Below are positions 39,057 to 47,731 of a stretch of DNA of 64,000 bases, piece by piece. The stretch is from the NCBI GenBank assembly GCA_964202965.1, contig CAXNKG010000008.1, positions 17,968 to 81,967 of the forward strand, written 5' to 3'. Source of the stretch: Vicinamibacterales bacterium. Lineage in GTDB: Bacteria; Acidobacteriota; Vicinamibacteria; Vicinamibacterales; UBA2999. Under the pieces are notes generated by a model that saw only the letters and a list, made by a program, of their open reading frames with translations, ran no database searches and was not told the DNA's origin. A program made the translations under genes and the position numbers. Within the stretch, counting starts at the first letter, position 1; each line of letters starts with the position of its first letter.

Positions 39057-39989
39057 ATGCACATTGTGACTCGTACGTCTGTCACCGCGGCGACCTGTCT
39101 TGCCGCGGCCGCCTTTCTCGCGGCGCCCGTGTTTTCGCAGCAGGCGGCGCAAAGCGGGCGCCGGATCGGGTCGACCCAGCGGATCGCCGTAGGGGACGCC
39201 ATCAAGGGCGGCGACATGAATATTGCGACCGGCTCCACCGATTTCGCGGGGGAGTGGGTGGTCTACGACGAAGAGGAGCGCGAGCTGGGAAACTTCACCG
39301 GCATTCCGCACTCTGAGGCCGGCCGGATGCGGGCTGAAACGCACGATGCGTCGGAATGGAGTACCCCCGAGTTCCAGTGCCGGCCGCACCCGATGCTCGC
39401 GCAGTGGCGCGCGTCCGGGGCAGTCCGGATCCGGAAGGACGTCGACCCGGTGAACCGGTCGGTGACCGCGTACCGGGTGACGTTTGTCCGCGGGCTCGAC
39501 GACCGGGTCATTTATCTCGACGGCCGGCCTCATCCCTCCGAGTATGCGCCCCACACCTGGTACGGCTTCTCGACGGGCGAGTTCAGGGGCAACACGCTGA
39601 TCATCACGACGACCCACTTGAAGGAAGGCTATTTTGACTGGAACGGCAACTCGGTGAGTGACAAGGCAAAGGTCACTGAATGGTGGGTGCGTCACGGCAA
39701 CTTCCTCACCATCACGTTGATGCATGAGGATCCGGTCTATCTCAGCGAGCCGTTCATGCAATCGATCAGCTATTTGCTCGATACACACACCGAAGTCGAG
39801 TACTTCCCCTGCACCGTCATCACGGAAATCACATCGGGGCGGTTCCCGCATCACCTCCCCGGTAAGAACCCCTACCTCCGCGAGTACGCGGAGGACAATG
39901 GCATTCCGTACGAAGCAGCGCGGGGCGGCGCCGAGACGATGTATCCGGATTTCCGGCTGAAGATGCGCGGCACGGGGCGGACCGAATGA
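39057..39989 (+). CDS. Secreted hypothetical protein (DUF6152-associated family)
   Basis: RBS GGAGG, signal peptide; DFAGEW, QCRPHP, IYLDGRPHP, WYGFSTG.F.GNTL. Confidence 0.75.
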   Translation: MHIVTRTSVTAATCLAAAAFLAAPVFSQQAAQSGRRIGSTQRIAVGDAIKGGDMNIATGSTDFAGEWVVYDEEERELGNFTGIPHSEAGRMRAETHDASEWSTPEFQCRPHPMLAQWRASGAVRIRKDVDPVNRSVTAYRVTFVRGLDDRVIYLDGRPHPSEYAPHTWYGFSTGEFRGNTLIITTTHLKEGYFDWNGNSVSDKAKVTEWWVRHGNFLTITLMHEDPVYLSEPFMQSISYLLDTHTEVEYFPCTVITEITSGRFPHHLPGKNPYLREYAEDNGIPYEAARGGAETMYPDFRLKMRGTGRTE

Positions 39990-41110
39990 GCACGGAACGC
40001 GCCATCATGCGAATGACACGCCATACCCTGACGCGCGGTGGTTGTGCCGTGGCGCTGGTTCTGCTCGCCGTGGTCTCCGGCGTGGACCGTCTTGCGGCGC
40101 AGCAGGCGGCCCAGCCCGGTATTCAGGTGCTGCCCGTGCAGGGCAACGTCTACCTGCTTGGCGGGGCGGGCGGCAACATCAGCATTTCGACGGGGTACGA
40201 CGGCACGCTGATTGTCGACGCAGGGCGCGCCGACATGTCGGCGGCTGTGCTCGATAATCTCGAGCAGCTCGCGACGCTCGTGCAGTTGCCGTTCTTCCCA
40301 TTGGCACCGTGTGTCGGACCGCGGTGTCCGGGCGGCGCCGGGACCGGTGCCTATACGGGCGCGGGGTGGTGGACCAGCCAGGCGGTGAACGGCATGGTGC
40401 ATTCGCCTGGAGCCCTCAAGCCGCTGCGCTTCATCGTCAACACGAGTGGCGACGCCGAGCATGCCGGCGGCAATCCCGCCGTTCGCGCCGCCGGGATGAC
40501 ATTCACGGGTGGGAATGTCGCACGCGGTGCCGGCGGGGAAGGGGTCGGTGCCGAGGTCTGGGCGCATGAGGCGGTCCTGAGCCGCATGGTCGGTGAAAAG
40601 GTGGACGTCGATCGGCATGCGCAGATGACGTACGACACGCCGAAGTACAAGTGGAACGGGTTCTTTAACGGCGAAGGCATCGAACTGATTCACGTGCCCG
40701 CCGCGTCGACGGACGGCGACACCATCGTCTATTTCCGGTACTCGGACGTGATCAGCACGGGCGACGTCTTTTCGATAGACCGATATCCGGCCATCCATAT
40801 CGACCGCGGCGGTTCGATCCAGGGCACGGTCGACGGCCTCAACAGGATCCTCGACATGGCCGTAGCCCAGAACAAGTCCCAGGGGGGCACCTATATCGTG
40901 CCGGGCCACGGCCGGGTCGCCGACATCGGCGATGTCGCGAATTATCGCAACATGGTGATCCGGGTTCGCGACCGGATTCAGGACTCGATCAAGAACGGGC
41001 AGTCGCTGCAGCAAGTGCGAGCAGCACGTCCCACGCTGGATTTCGACGGTATGTACGGTTCTCCCGACGCATTCATTGAGGCGGTGTATCGAAGCCTCAG
41101 CACGCGCTAG
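39986..41110 (+). CDS. Secreted MBL-fold (cyclase-like) protein with degenerate metal motif
   Basis: VQGNVYLLGGAGGNI, IVDAG, IVNTSGDAEHAGGN, ASTDGD, STGDVF, VPGHG. Confidence 0.8.
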   Translation: MSTERAIMRMTRHTLTRGGCAVALVLLAVVSGVDRLAAQQAAQPGIQVLPVQGNVYLLGGAGGNISISTGYDGTLIVDAGRADMSAAVLDNLEQLATLVQLPFFPLAPCVGPRCPGGAGTGAYTGAGWWTSQAVNGMVHSPGALKPLRFIVNTSGDAEHAGGNPAVRAAGMTFTGGNVARGAGGEGVGAEVWAHEAVLSRMVGEKVDVDRHAQMTYDTPKYKWNGFFNGEGIELIHVPAASTDGDTIVYFRYSDVISTGDVFSIDRYPAIHIDRGGSIQGTVDGLNRILDMAVAQNKSQGGTYIVPGHGRVADIGDVANYRNMVIRVRDRIQDSIKNGQSLQQVRAARPTLDFDGMYGSPDAFIEAVYRSLSTR

Positions 41111-41123
41111 ACGCGAGGAGCCC

Positions 41124-41525
41124 ATGATGAAAATGAAGAGCTTCGTTCTGACTGTGATGGTCCTGGTTGCGTCCGGTGTGGGGATTCAGGCCCACCATTC
41201 ATTCGCCGGCACCTATGACCTGAAGCGCCAGGTCAAGGTTGAGGGCACGCTCATCCGCGTGCAGTTCCGGAACCCGCACTCGTTCGTGACCGTCAAGGCA
41301 CCCGACGAAACGGGGACCATGCAGGATTGGTCTGTCGAGTGGAGCGGTCTGCCGCAGCTCGCCGGTGACGGCGTGTCGTCGAAGACCATCATGGTCGGGG
41401 ATCCCGTTGTGATCACCGGCAATCCCTCGCGCACCGCTGGCGAGCACCGCCTCCGCATGGTGATGTTCCAGCGCACCTCGGACGGCTTTACGTGGGGCGG
41501 CCGGGCGAGCGAGGTCGTCAATTGA
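41124..41525 (+). CDS. DUF6152 family secreted protein
   Basis: A-HHSFAGTYD, FRNPHS, WSVEW; paralog of 9130-9528. Confidence 0.8.
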   Translation: MMKMKSFVLTVMVLVASGVGIQAHHSFAGTYDLKRQVKVEGTLIRVQFRNPHSFVTVKAPDETGTMQDWSVEWSGLPQLAGDGVSSKTIMVGDPVVITGNPSRTAGEHRLRMVMFQRTSDGFTWGGRASEVVN

Positions 41526-42301
41526 TGCGACGCGGACTGCGGCGTGCGGCGCTGCTCTGCGCCTCGTCGGTCATCGCCGTCGCGGCGGCGTTTACTGAGA
41601 CCGCGGCGCAGCAGCCGGCGGGGGGCCGGGGGCAGGGTCCGCAGCCCACGGCGCGGGCTGCGGCGGCCGTCGATGTCACCGGGAACTGGGTTTCGGTCAT
41701 CACCGAAGAATGGGTATCGCGCATGGTGACGCCCAGGAAGGGCTACGTACGCGGCGGGGGCATTCACGTCACGCCCGAAGGCATGAAATTGGTGAACGCG
41801 TGGGATCCAGCCGGGGACGAAGCCGCCGGCGAGCAGTGCAAGGGATATGGCGCCGTCGGGGTGACCCGATTGCCCGGACGTGTACGCCTCAGCTGGCAGG
41901 ACGAGACCACATTGAAGGCGGAGTTTGAGGCGGGGAATCAGGTGCGGCTGTTTCGCTTTGCGGCTGCGCCGGCAGCCGGTGCGCCAAGCTGGCAGGGACA
42001 ATCGGCTGCGCAGTGGGAGCGGGCCGTGGCAGCCGCGGGGCAGCGCGAAGGTAACCTGAAGGTCACGACGACCAATCTGCGCGCGCAGTACGCCCGCAAG
42101 AACGGCCTGCCCGTCAGCGCCAGCGCGACGCTGACCGAGTATCTCCACGTGCTGCAGGCGCCGTCGGGCGATACCTGGCTCAGCTGGATCGGCGAACTCG
42201 ACGAGCCGCGCTACTATCTCGAGCCGTATCACTACAGTTTTCAGTTCAAGAAGCTTCCGGCGAATTCGCCGTGGACGCCGGAGCCCTGCTCGGCGCGGTA
42301 G
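41525..42301 (+). CDS. Secreted hypothetical protein, distantly like 39057-39989
   Basis: Signal peptide; DVTGNW, QCKGYG, WQGQSAAQW, LKVTTTNL, C-terminal PC. Confidence 0.7.
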   Translation: MRRGLRRAALLCASSVIAVAAAFTETAAQQPAGGRGQGPQPTARAAAAVDVTGNWVSVITEEWVSRMVTPRKGYVRGGGIHVTPEGMKLVNAWDPAGDEAAGEQCKGYGAVGVTRLPGRVRLSWQDETTLKAEFEAGNQVRLFRFAAAPAAGAPSWQGQSAAQWERAVAAAGQREGNLKVTTTNLRAQYARKNGLPVSASATLTEYLHVLQAPSGDTWLSWIGELDEPRYYLEPYHYSFQFKKLPANSPWTPEPCSAR

Positions 42302-42305
42302 TCCG

Positions 42306-44526
42306 GTGAGGGTCAGCCTCGCGCTCGCCGCGGTGGCGTGTGGCACCCTTGGCGTGTCGGCCGCGAATGCGCAGGGACCCGACGCCGGCGACCTACGGCC
42401 GCGTGCCGTCGTGACGCGGATCGAATCAGCCATCGCAGTCGATGGGTTCTTGCGCGAGGAGGCCTGGCGGACTGCCGCGCCGCTCGGGGCGCTGACGCAA
42501 CGCGAACCGAAGGTGGGCGCCGAGCCGTCGGAGCGCACGGTGATCACGGTGCTGTACGACGCCGACGCGCTCTACATCGGCATCGTCGCGCACGACTCCG
42601 AACCGGATGGGATTATCGGCACACAGATGACCCGCGACGGCGGCCTCCACGGCGACGATCGAATCGAGATTCTCCTGGATACGTTCCGCGATCAGCGGAA
42701 TGCGTACTACTTTCGCCACGAACCCCGCGGGTGCGCTCGTCGACGGCCTCATCTTCGCGAATGGACAATCGAATCTGGAGTGGGACGCGATCTGGACGGT
42801 GCGGACGCGACGGGTCCCGGAGGGCTGGAGCGCGGAATTTGCGATCCCATTCAGGAGCCTGAGCTTCCCGGCCGGCCAGACCGTCTGGGGGCTCAATGTC
42901 GCACGCCACATCCGTAGGAAGGCGGAAGAAGACCGCTGGGCGGGCGCGCGACTGGAGACGCAGTTTTTTCACGTCTCCGAAGCTGGCGACCTCATGCGCC
43001 TGGAGGGTTTGAGCCAGGGCGTCGGGCTTGATCTGCGTCCATTCGCCGCGGGCCAGTGGCGTGACTCGGCGCGACGCGACACCACCACGCTGACTGGCCG
43101 ACCTGGTTTCGACCTGACGTACAACGTCACGTCGAGCCTCAAGGTAACCGCCACGGTCAATACCGACTTCGGCGAGACGGAGGTCGACGCCCGGCAGATT
43201 AATCTGACTCGCTTTTCGCTCTTTTTTCCGGAGAAGCGCGCCTTCTTCCTCGAAGATGCAGGCGTCTTCAGTTTTTCCAATACCGGCATCCGCGGGTCAT
43301 GGGGCATCCCAGCCCTTCGGTCAGAGGCGCTGCCGTTCTTCAGCCGCCAGATTGGCCTTCTGAACGGCGAGGAGGTCCCGATCGACGTGGGCGTGAAAGT
43401 GACGGGCAAGATCGGACGTACGGATCTCGGAGTCCTCGACGTCCGGACATCCGACAGTGTAACCACGCCCGCGCGGAACCTTCTTGTTGCGCGCCTCCGG
43501 CGAAATTTTCTCCAGCAATCCTCCATTGGCGCGATCGTGACGCACGGCGACCCTGCGCGTGCGCGCGACAGCGCCACCTACGGCGCCGATCTGCGCCTGG
43601 CGACAGCGCGGTTTCTGGGGCAATCGCGAAACCTGATGCTGAACGCGTATGGTCTGCAGACGGTGACGGAGGGACGACGAGGGAACAATCTTTCGTACGG
43701 CGCGTCCCTCGAGTACCCCAATGACGTGGTCGAAGCGGAGGTGGTGCTGCGTGAGATTCAGCAGGACTTTCGGCCAGCGCTCGGATTCGTGTCCCGTAGA
43801 AACGTGCGGGTGTTTCGTGCCGGCGGCCGCTACAACCCTCGGCCCGGCGAGTTTCTCGGTCTGCAGCAGATGTTCCACGGAGCGTACTTCACCCGATACA
43901 CGCGTCTGGACATCGACCAGACAGAGAGCTGGAACCTGCACGTGATTGCGCCAATCGACTGGCATTTTGCGTCGGGCGATGCCGTCCACTCCATGTTTAG
44001 CCCGGTGGTCAACTACGAGCGGTTGTTCGCGCCGTTCGAGATTTCTCCCGGAGTCGTTCTCCCCGGGGGCGAGTACCGGTTCACGCGCTGGCGCTCCGAT
44101 CTCGCGACAGCGCCTCAGCGAACGCTGCAGACGAACATCAACTGGCAGTTCGGCCGCTATTGGTCGGGGACCGCCGACGAGCTTCAGGTATCGGTCACGT
44201 ACCGGCTGCCACCGCGGCTCGCGATCACGCTCAATACGAATCAGACGTTCGCCGATTTGCCGCAGGGGAGCTTCGTTGCCCGCATCCTCGGCATGCAGTT
44301 CAATTACTCGTTCTCGCCGTTCCTGTCGACGTCAGGCCTCGCGCAGTTCGACAATCTGACAAGGAACCTTGGATGGCAGAGCCGGCTGCGGTGGATTCAG
44401 CGCCCTGGCAACGACGTCTTCCTCGTGTTCAGCCAGGGATGGCTGCAGGACGCTCTGGGTGGACTGCGGTTCCATCAGCAGGACCAGAAGCTGTCTGGCA
44501 AACTGCAGTACACGGTGCGGCTGTAA
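42306..44526 (+). pseudogene. CBM9-like/DUF5916 protein split by a +1 frameshift at ~42711
   Basis: First frame: signal peptide...DTFRDQRNAYYF; the family sequence FATNPAG...NTDFGETEVD...PEKRAFFLE continues in the +1 frame across TAC-TTT-C-GCC. Confidence 0.8.
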
Positions 44527-44551
44527 GATCACGATGAGAAGGAGGACTGCG

Positions 44552-45547
44552 ATGCCTACACCCTATCGCCTGGTCGCGTGCACGCTGGTGGCCCTGCTGG
44601 GTCCGGCGGTGATGACCCCGCTGGCCGCACTGCAGGGCGGTCCTCCGCCCGCGGCTCCGGTCGCTGATAAAGGCCTGACGGATCCGGCGCTTGCTGGCGC
44701 GCTCGACACGCACGCGCACATGGCGCCAGACAGCCCGGAGCCGCAGATCCGTGGGATCGACGTTATCGACTACGCGCAGATGGCGAAGGCGCGCGGCATG
44801 CGCGGATTCGTGATCAAGCAGCAGTACGACCAGACGGCGCAGCTGGCGTACCTGGCCCGGAAGGTCGTGCCCGGTCTCGAGGTGTTCGGCGGCATCGTGA
44901 TGAGCCGCACCGTCGGCGGCATGAGCGCCGAAGCCGTCCAGCACATGGCCCGCGTCACCGGCGGCTGGGGACGGATCGTCTGGATGCCGACCCTCAATGC
45001 CGAAGGCAACACCGTCGGTGGCACCAATCCTCCGTTTGTGCTCGTGTCGAAGAACGGAGAGCTGCTGCCCGAGACACGCGCGGTCCTCGAGGTCATTGCG
45101 AAGACGCGAACCGTCGACAGCAACGGCGAGCTGGTCCTTGCGACCGGGCACATGCCGTCGAAGGAAGCGCTGATGGTGCTTCGCGCGGCGCGCGACGCCG
45201 GCGTGAAGCACATGGTCGTCACGCACGGGGCAACCACCTGGCCGATTCCAGACCTTCAGGAGGCGATCACGCTTGGCGCGATGGTCGAGGCACGAGCCGG
45301 GTTCGATCTGATTGCGGAACCCCGGCCGAACGGCGACCCGCGAAAGGTCACGACCGACGTGATCCGGCAGCTCGGTCCGGAGCACATCGTGATCGCGAGC
45401 GATCTGGGCCAGCGCACGAATCCGGTCCACCCGGACGGGCTCGCGACCGCGGCGAAGTGGCTGCGAAGCCAGGGTTTCACGGACCGGCAGTTGACGATGA
45501 TGTTCAAGGAAAATCCGGCGCGCCTGATGGGGCTTCCGCTCCAGTAA
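44552..45547 (+). CDS. Secreted DUF6282-like amidohydrolase-fold protein
   Basis: RBS AAGGAGG; DTHAHMAPD, VWMPT, LATGH, VTH, SDLGQ, KENPARL. Confidence 0.75.
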   Translation: MPTPYRLVACTLVALLGPAVMTPLAALQGGPPPAAPVADKGLTDPALAGALDTHAHMAPDSPEPQIRGIDVIDYAQMAKARGMRGFVIKQQYDQTAQLAYLARKVVPGLEVFGGIVMSRTVGGMSAEAVQHMARVTGGWGRIVWMPTLNAEGNTVGGTNPPFVLVSKNGELLPETRAVLEVIAKTRTVDSNGELVLATGHMPSKEALMVLRAARDAGVKHMVVTHGATTWPIPDLQEAITLGAMVEARAGFDLIAEPRPNGDPRKVTTDVIRQLGPEHIVIASDLGQRTNPVHPDGLATAAKWLRSQGFTDRQLTMMFKENPARLMGLPLQ

Positions 45548-45563
45548 CAGAAGGAGTCTGCAG

Positions 45564-46580
45564 ATGAACGGCACACGGATATTCGCGGCGGCGGCGGTGT
45601 GGTGCCTGGCGGCGGCGTCCGCCCTGAGTCAGCAGGCGGCTCCTGCCCGGCAGCAGGCGCAGGCACCCGCCGCGCCTCGCTCGCGGGTTGCGGCGACCGA
45701 CATGAAAGCCACAGCGATCCCCGGCGTCGTTGCCGAGGGCGCCACGGTGCAGGTCATCAAACGCGATTTCGAAGTGGCCATCAACGGGCCGATTGGACTG
45801 CCGGACGGCAGTGGCGTGCTCATCGCCGAAATCCTCCGCAACCGCGTCTGGAAATTCGACAACAACAACCAGGGATCCGTCTTCGTCGACAACTCGAGCG
45901 GCGCTTTGTGCCTCGCGTTCGACGCCAAGGGACGGCTGATCGCCAATCAGACGACGCCGGCCGAGCGAAACAAGATTGCGGTGATCTATCCGCGCGGTCA
46001 GGAAGCCGTGCTCGCAGACAACTTCGACGGGATGGCGTTTGGGCGGCCGAACGACCTGGCAATCAATCGCGGGGGCGGCATCTACTTTACCGACCCCGGC
46101 CCCAATCAGGGGCAGATGAAGATCGGTCATCCGAAAACGGATCCGGCAGTGTTCTACATTCCGTCAGGCGGCAAGGCCCTGAAGGTCGCTGTGGACATTC
46201 CCGATCCGAACGGTCTGATCCTCAGCCCTGACGAGAAGACGCTGTACGTCGCCGACACGTCGAGCGAGTTCGTGTATGCCTATGACGTGCGAGCCGATGG
46301 GCAGCTCGGAACCCGTAGAAATTTCGCGCGACTGCAGGAGGGCAAGGAGGCGGAGGCGGATGGACTGGCGATCGATAACGACGGCCGCCTCTACGCGTCA
46401 GTCTGGGGAGGCGTCGAAGTGTTCGATGCGCAGGGCCGCAGACTCGGGCTGATTCCCGGCAGCGGACCAGGAAACCTGGCATTCGGCGGACCTGACAGAA
46501 GGACGCTGTACATCACCGGCGGAACGTCGCTGTCGAAAGTGCCCTTGCTCGCGCAGGGGCCGAAAGCGCGCGCGAAATAA
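45564..46580 (+). CDS. Secreted SMP-30/gluconolactonase family protein
   Basis: RPNDL, IYFTDP, PNGLILSPDEKTLYVAD, ADGLAID, NLAFGG. Confidence 0.88.
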   Translation: MNGTRIFAAAAVWCLAAASALSQQAAPARQQAQAPAAPRSRVAATDMKATAIPGVVAEGATVQVIKRDFEVAINGPIGLPDGSGVLIAEILRNRVWKFDNNNQGSVFVDNSSGALCLAFDAKGRLIANQTTPAERNKIAVIYPRGQEAVLADNFDGMAFGRPNDLAINRGGGIYFTDPGPNQGQMKIGHPKTDPAVFYIPSGGKALKVAVDIPDPNGLILSPDEKTLYVADTSSEFVYAYDVRADGQLGTRRNFARLQEGKEAEADGLAIDNDGRLYASVWGGVEVFDAQGRRLGLIPGSGPGNLAFGGPDRRTLYITGGTSLSKVPLLAQGPKARAK

Positions 46581-46584
46581 AGGG

Positions 46585-47655
46585 CTAGCGAAGTTCGGTC
46601 AGGGTGACGTCGAGCAGGCGGGTCTGGCGCGGAGCGCGCGCCCACTGCACCAGGATCGGGCTCTGGTAGGTCCCCTCGATCAGCCCGTGCGTGCCATCGG
46701 GCCGTTCCGACACCAGCAGACTCACCGAGCGGCGCATCCGGAAGAAGCGCGCCGCCGGGACGGCGAGCGTGCGCGCCAGCAGGCGCTCGACGATGGAGCC
46801 GCGCAGGCCCAGCGTGTCGAGGCTCTTGTTGAGCACACGAACGAAGTCGTATTTCGCGTAGCCGAGCGTCTTGGCCGGCACCGCGCGGGGATTGGCCCAC
46901 GCGTGGCCCGCTTTCTCGGCGAAGAACCGCATCGGGTTGCGCAGCACGTCCGCCAGGTCGTGCCTCATCAACAGCGTTTCGAATTCGTTGATGGTCAGCG
47001 CGGAGTGGCGCTCTGACGGATCGAGCGTGATGCGCAGGCGGCCCTTGCCAATGCCGGCCTTCGACACGAACTCGGACAATTGCTCGTACACGCCGAGCCG
47101 CCGGTCCTTCAAATTGATCGAATCAATCGGGTGCGTGGACACCGGGACTTCAATGCGGGTGGCGCCAATCACGCGTTCGTTGTGGAACCCGATGAGGCGC
47201 GTCAGGCGCTTGCGCGGCTTGCCCTCGACCACTCCATCGAGATCGACGAAGAAGACCGATTCGCCAGGCCGGTTCGGATGCGTGACGCAGGCGCGCAGGC
47301 CGCCCGCGATGAACGCCAGATGCGAATCGGCGTTCCGTGGCTCCACGGCGCGCTGCTCCGGACAGAGTTCGTCGCGGCGCTCCAGGCGGTCGTGCTCGTA
47401 CCCGGCGCCTTCAGGAAAGATCGTGCGGAACGCTTCGAGGTAGCTGGGGACGCCATGTGCGCTCAGCCGCGCCGCGAGGCTCCGGTCCAGAAAGCCCGCC
47501 GTCGTATGCGACGACCAGTACAGGCAGTTCGGGTACGGCGCGAAGGCTTCGTGCTCCGCTGCGAAGTGGGATCGCAATTCGACGACGTCGAATCGCGCCT
47601 TGGGAACGAGCTCGAGGGTAAGGTCGAGCGGCTGGCTGGTTCTCTGCTGGGGCAC
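46585..47655 (-). CDS. Tandem YjbQ/UPF0047-like protein
   Basis: HTTAG, YEHD, NADSHL, DLDG..R.R; second degenerate unit HSALTINE...GTYQSPIL; start approximate. Confidence 0.6.
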   Translation of the reverse strand: MPQQRTSQPLDLTLELVPKARFDVVELRSHFAAEHEAFAPYPNCLYWSSHTTAGFLDRSLAARLSAHGVPSYLEAFRTIFPEGAGYEHDRLERRDELCPEQRAVEPRNADSHLAFIAGGLRACVTHPNRPGESVFFVDLDGVVEGKPRKRLTRLIGFHNERVIGATRIEVPVSTHPIDSINLKDRRLGVYEQLSEFVSKAGIGKGRLRITLDPSERHSALTINEFETLLMRHDLADVLRNPMRFFAEKAGHAWANPRAVPAKTLGYAKYDFVRVLNKSLDTLGLRGSIVERLLARTLAVPAARFFRMRRSVSLLVSERPDGTHGLIEGTYQSPILVQWARAPRQTRLLDVTLTELR

Positions 47656-47731
47656 TCTCAGACGAAAACTAGCGTAACACAGCATTTCCACAGGGGCGAC
47701 CCCTGTGGACCCGTCGTACGATGAGGTCAGG

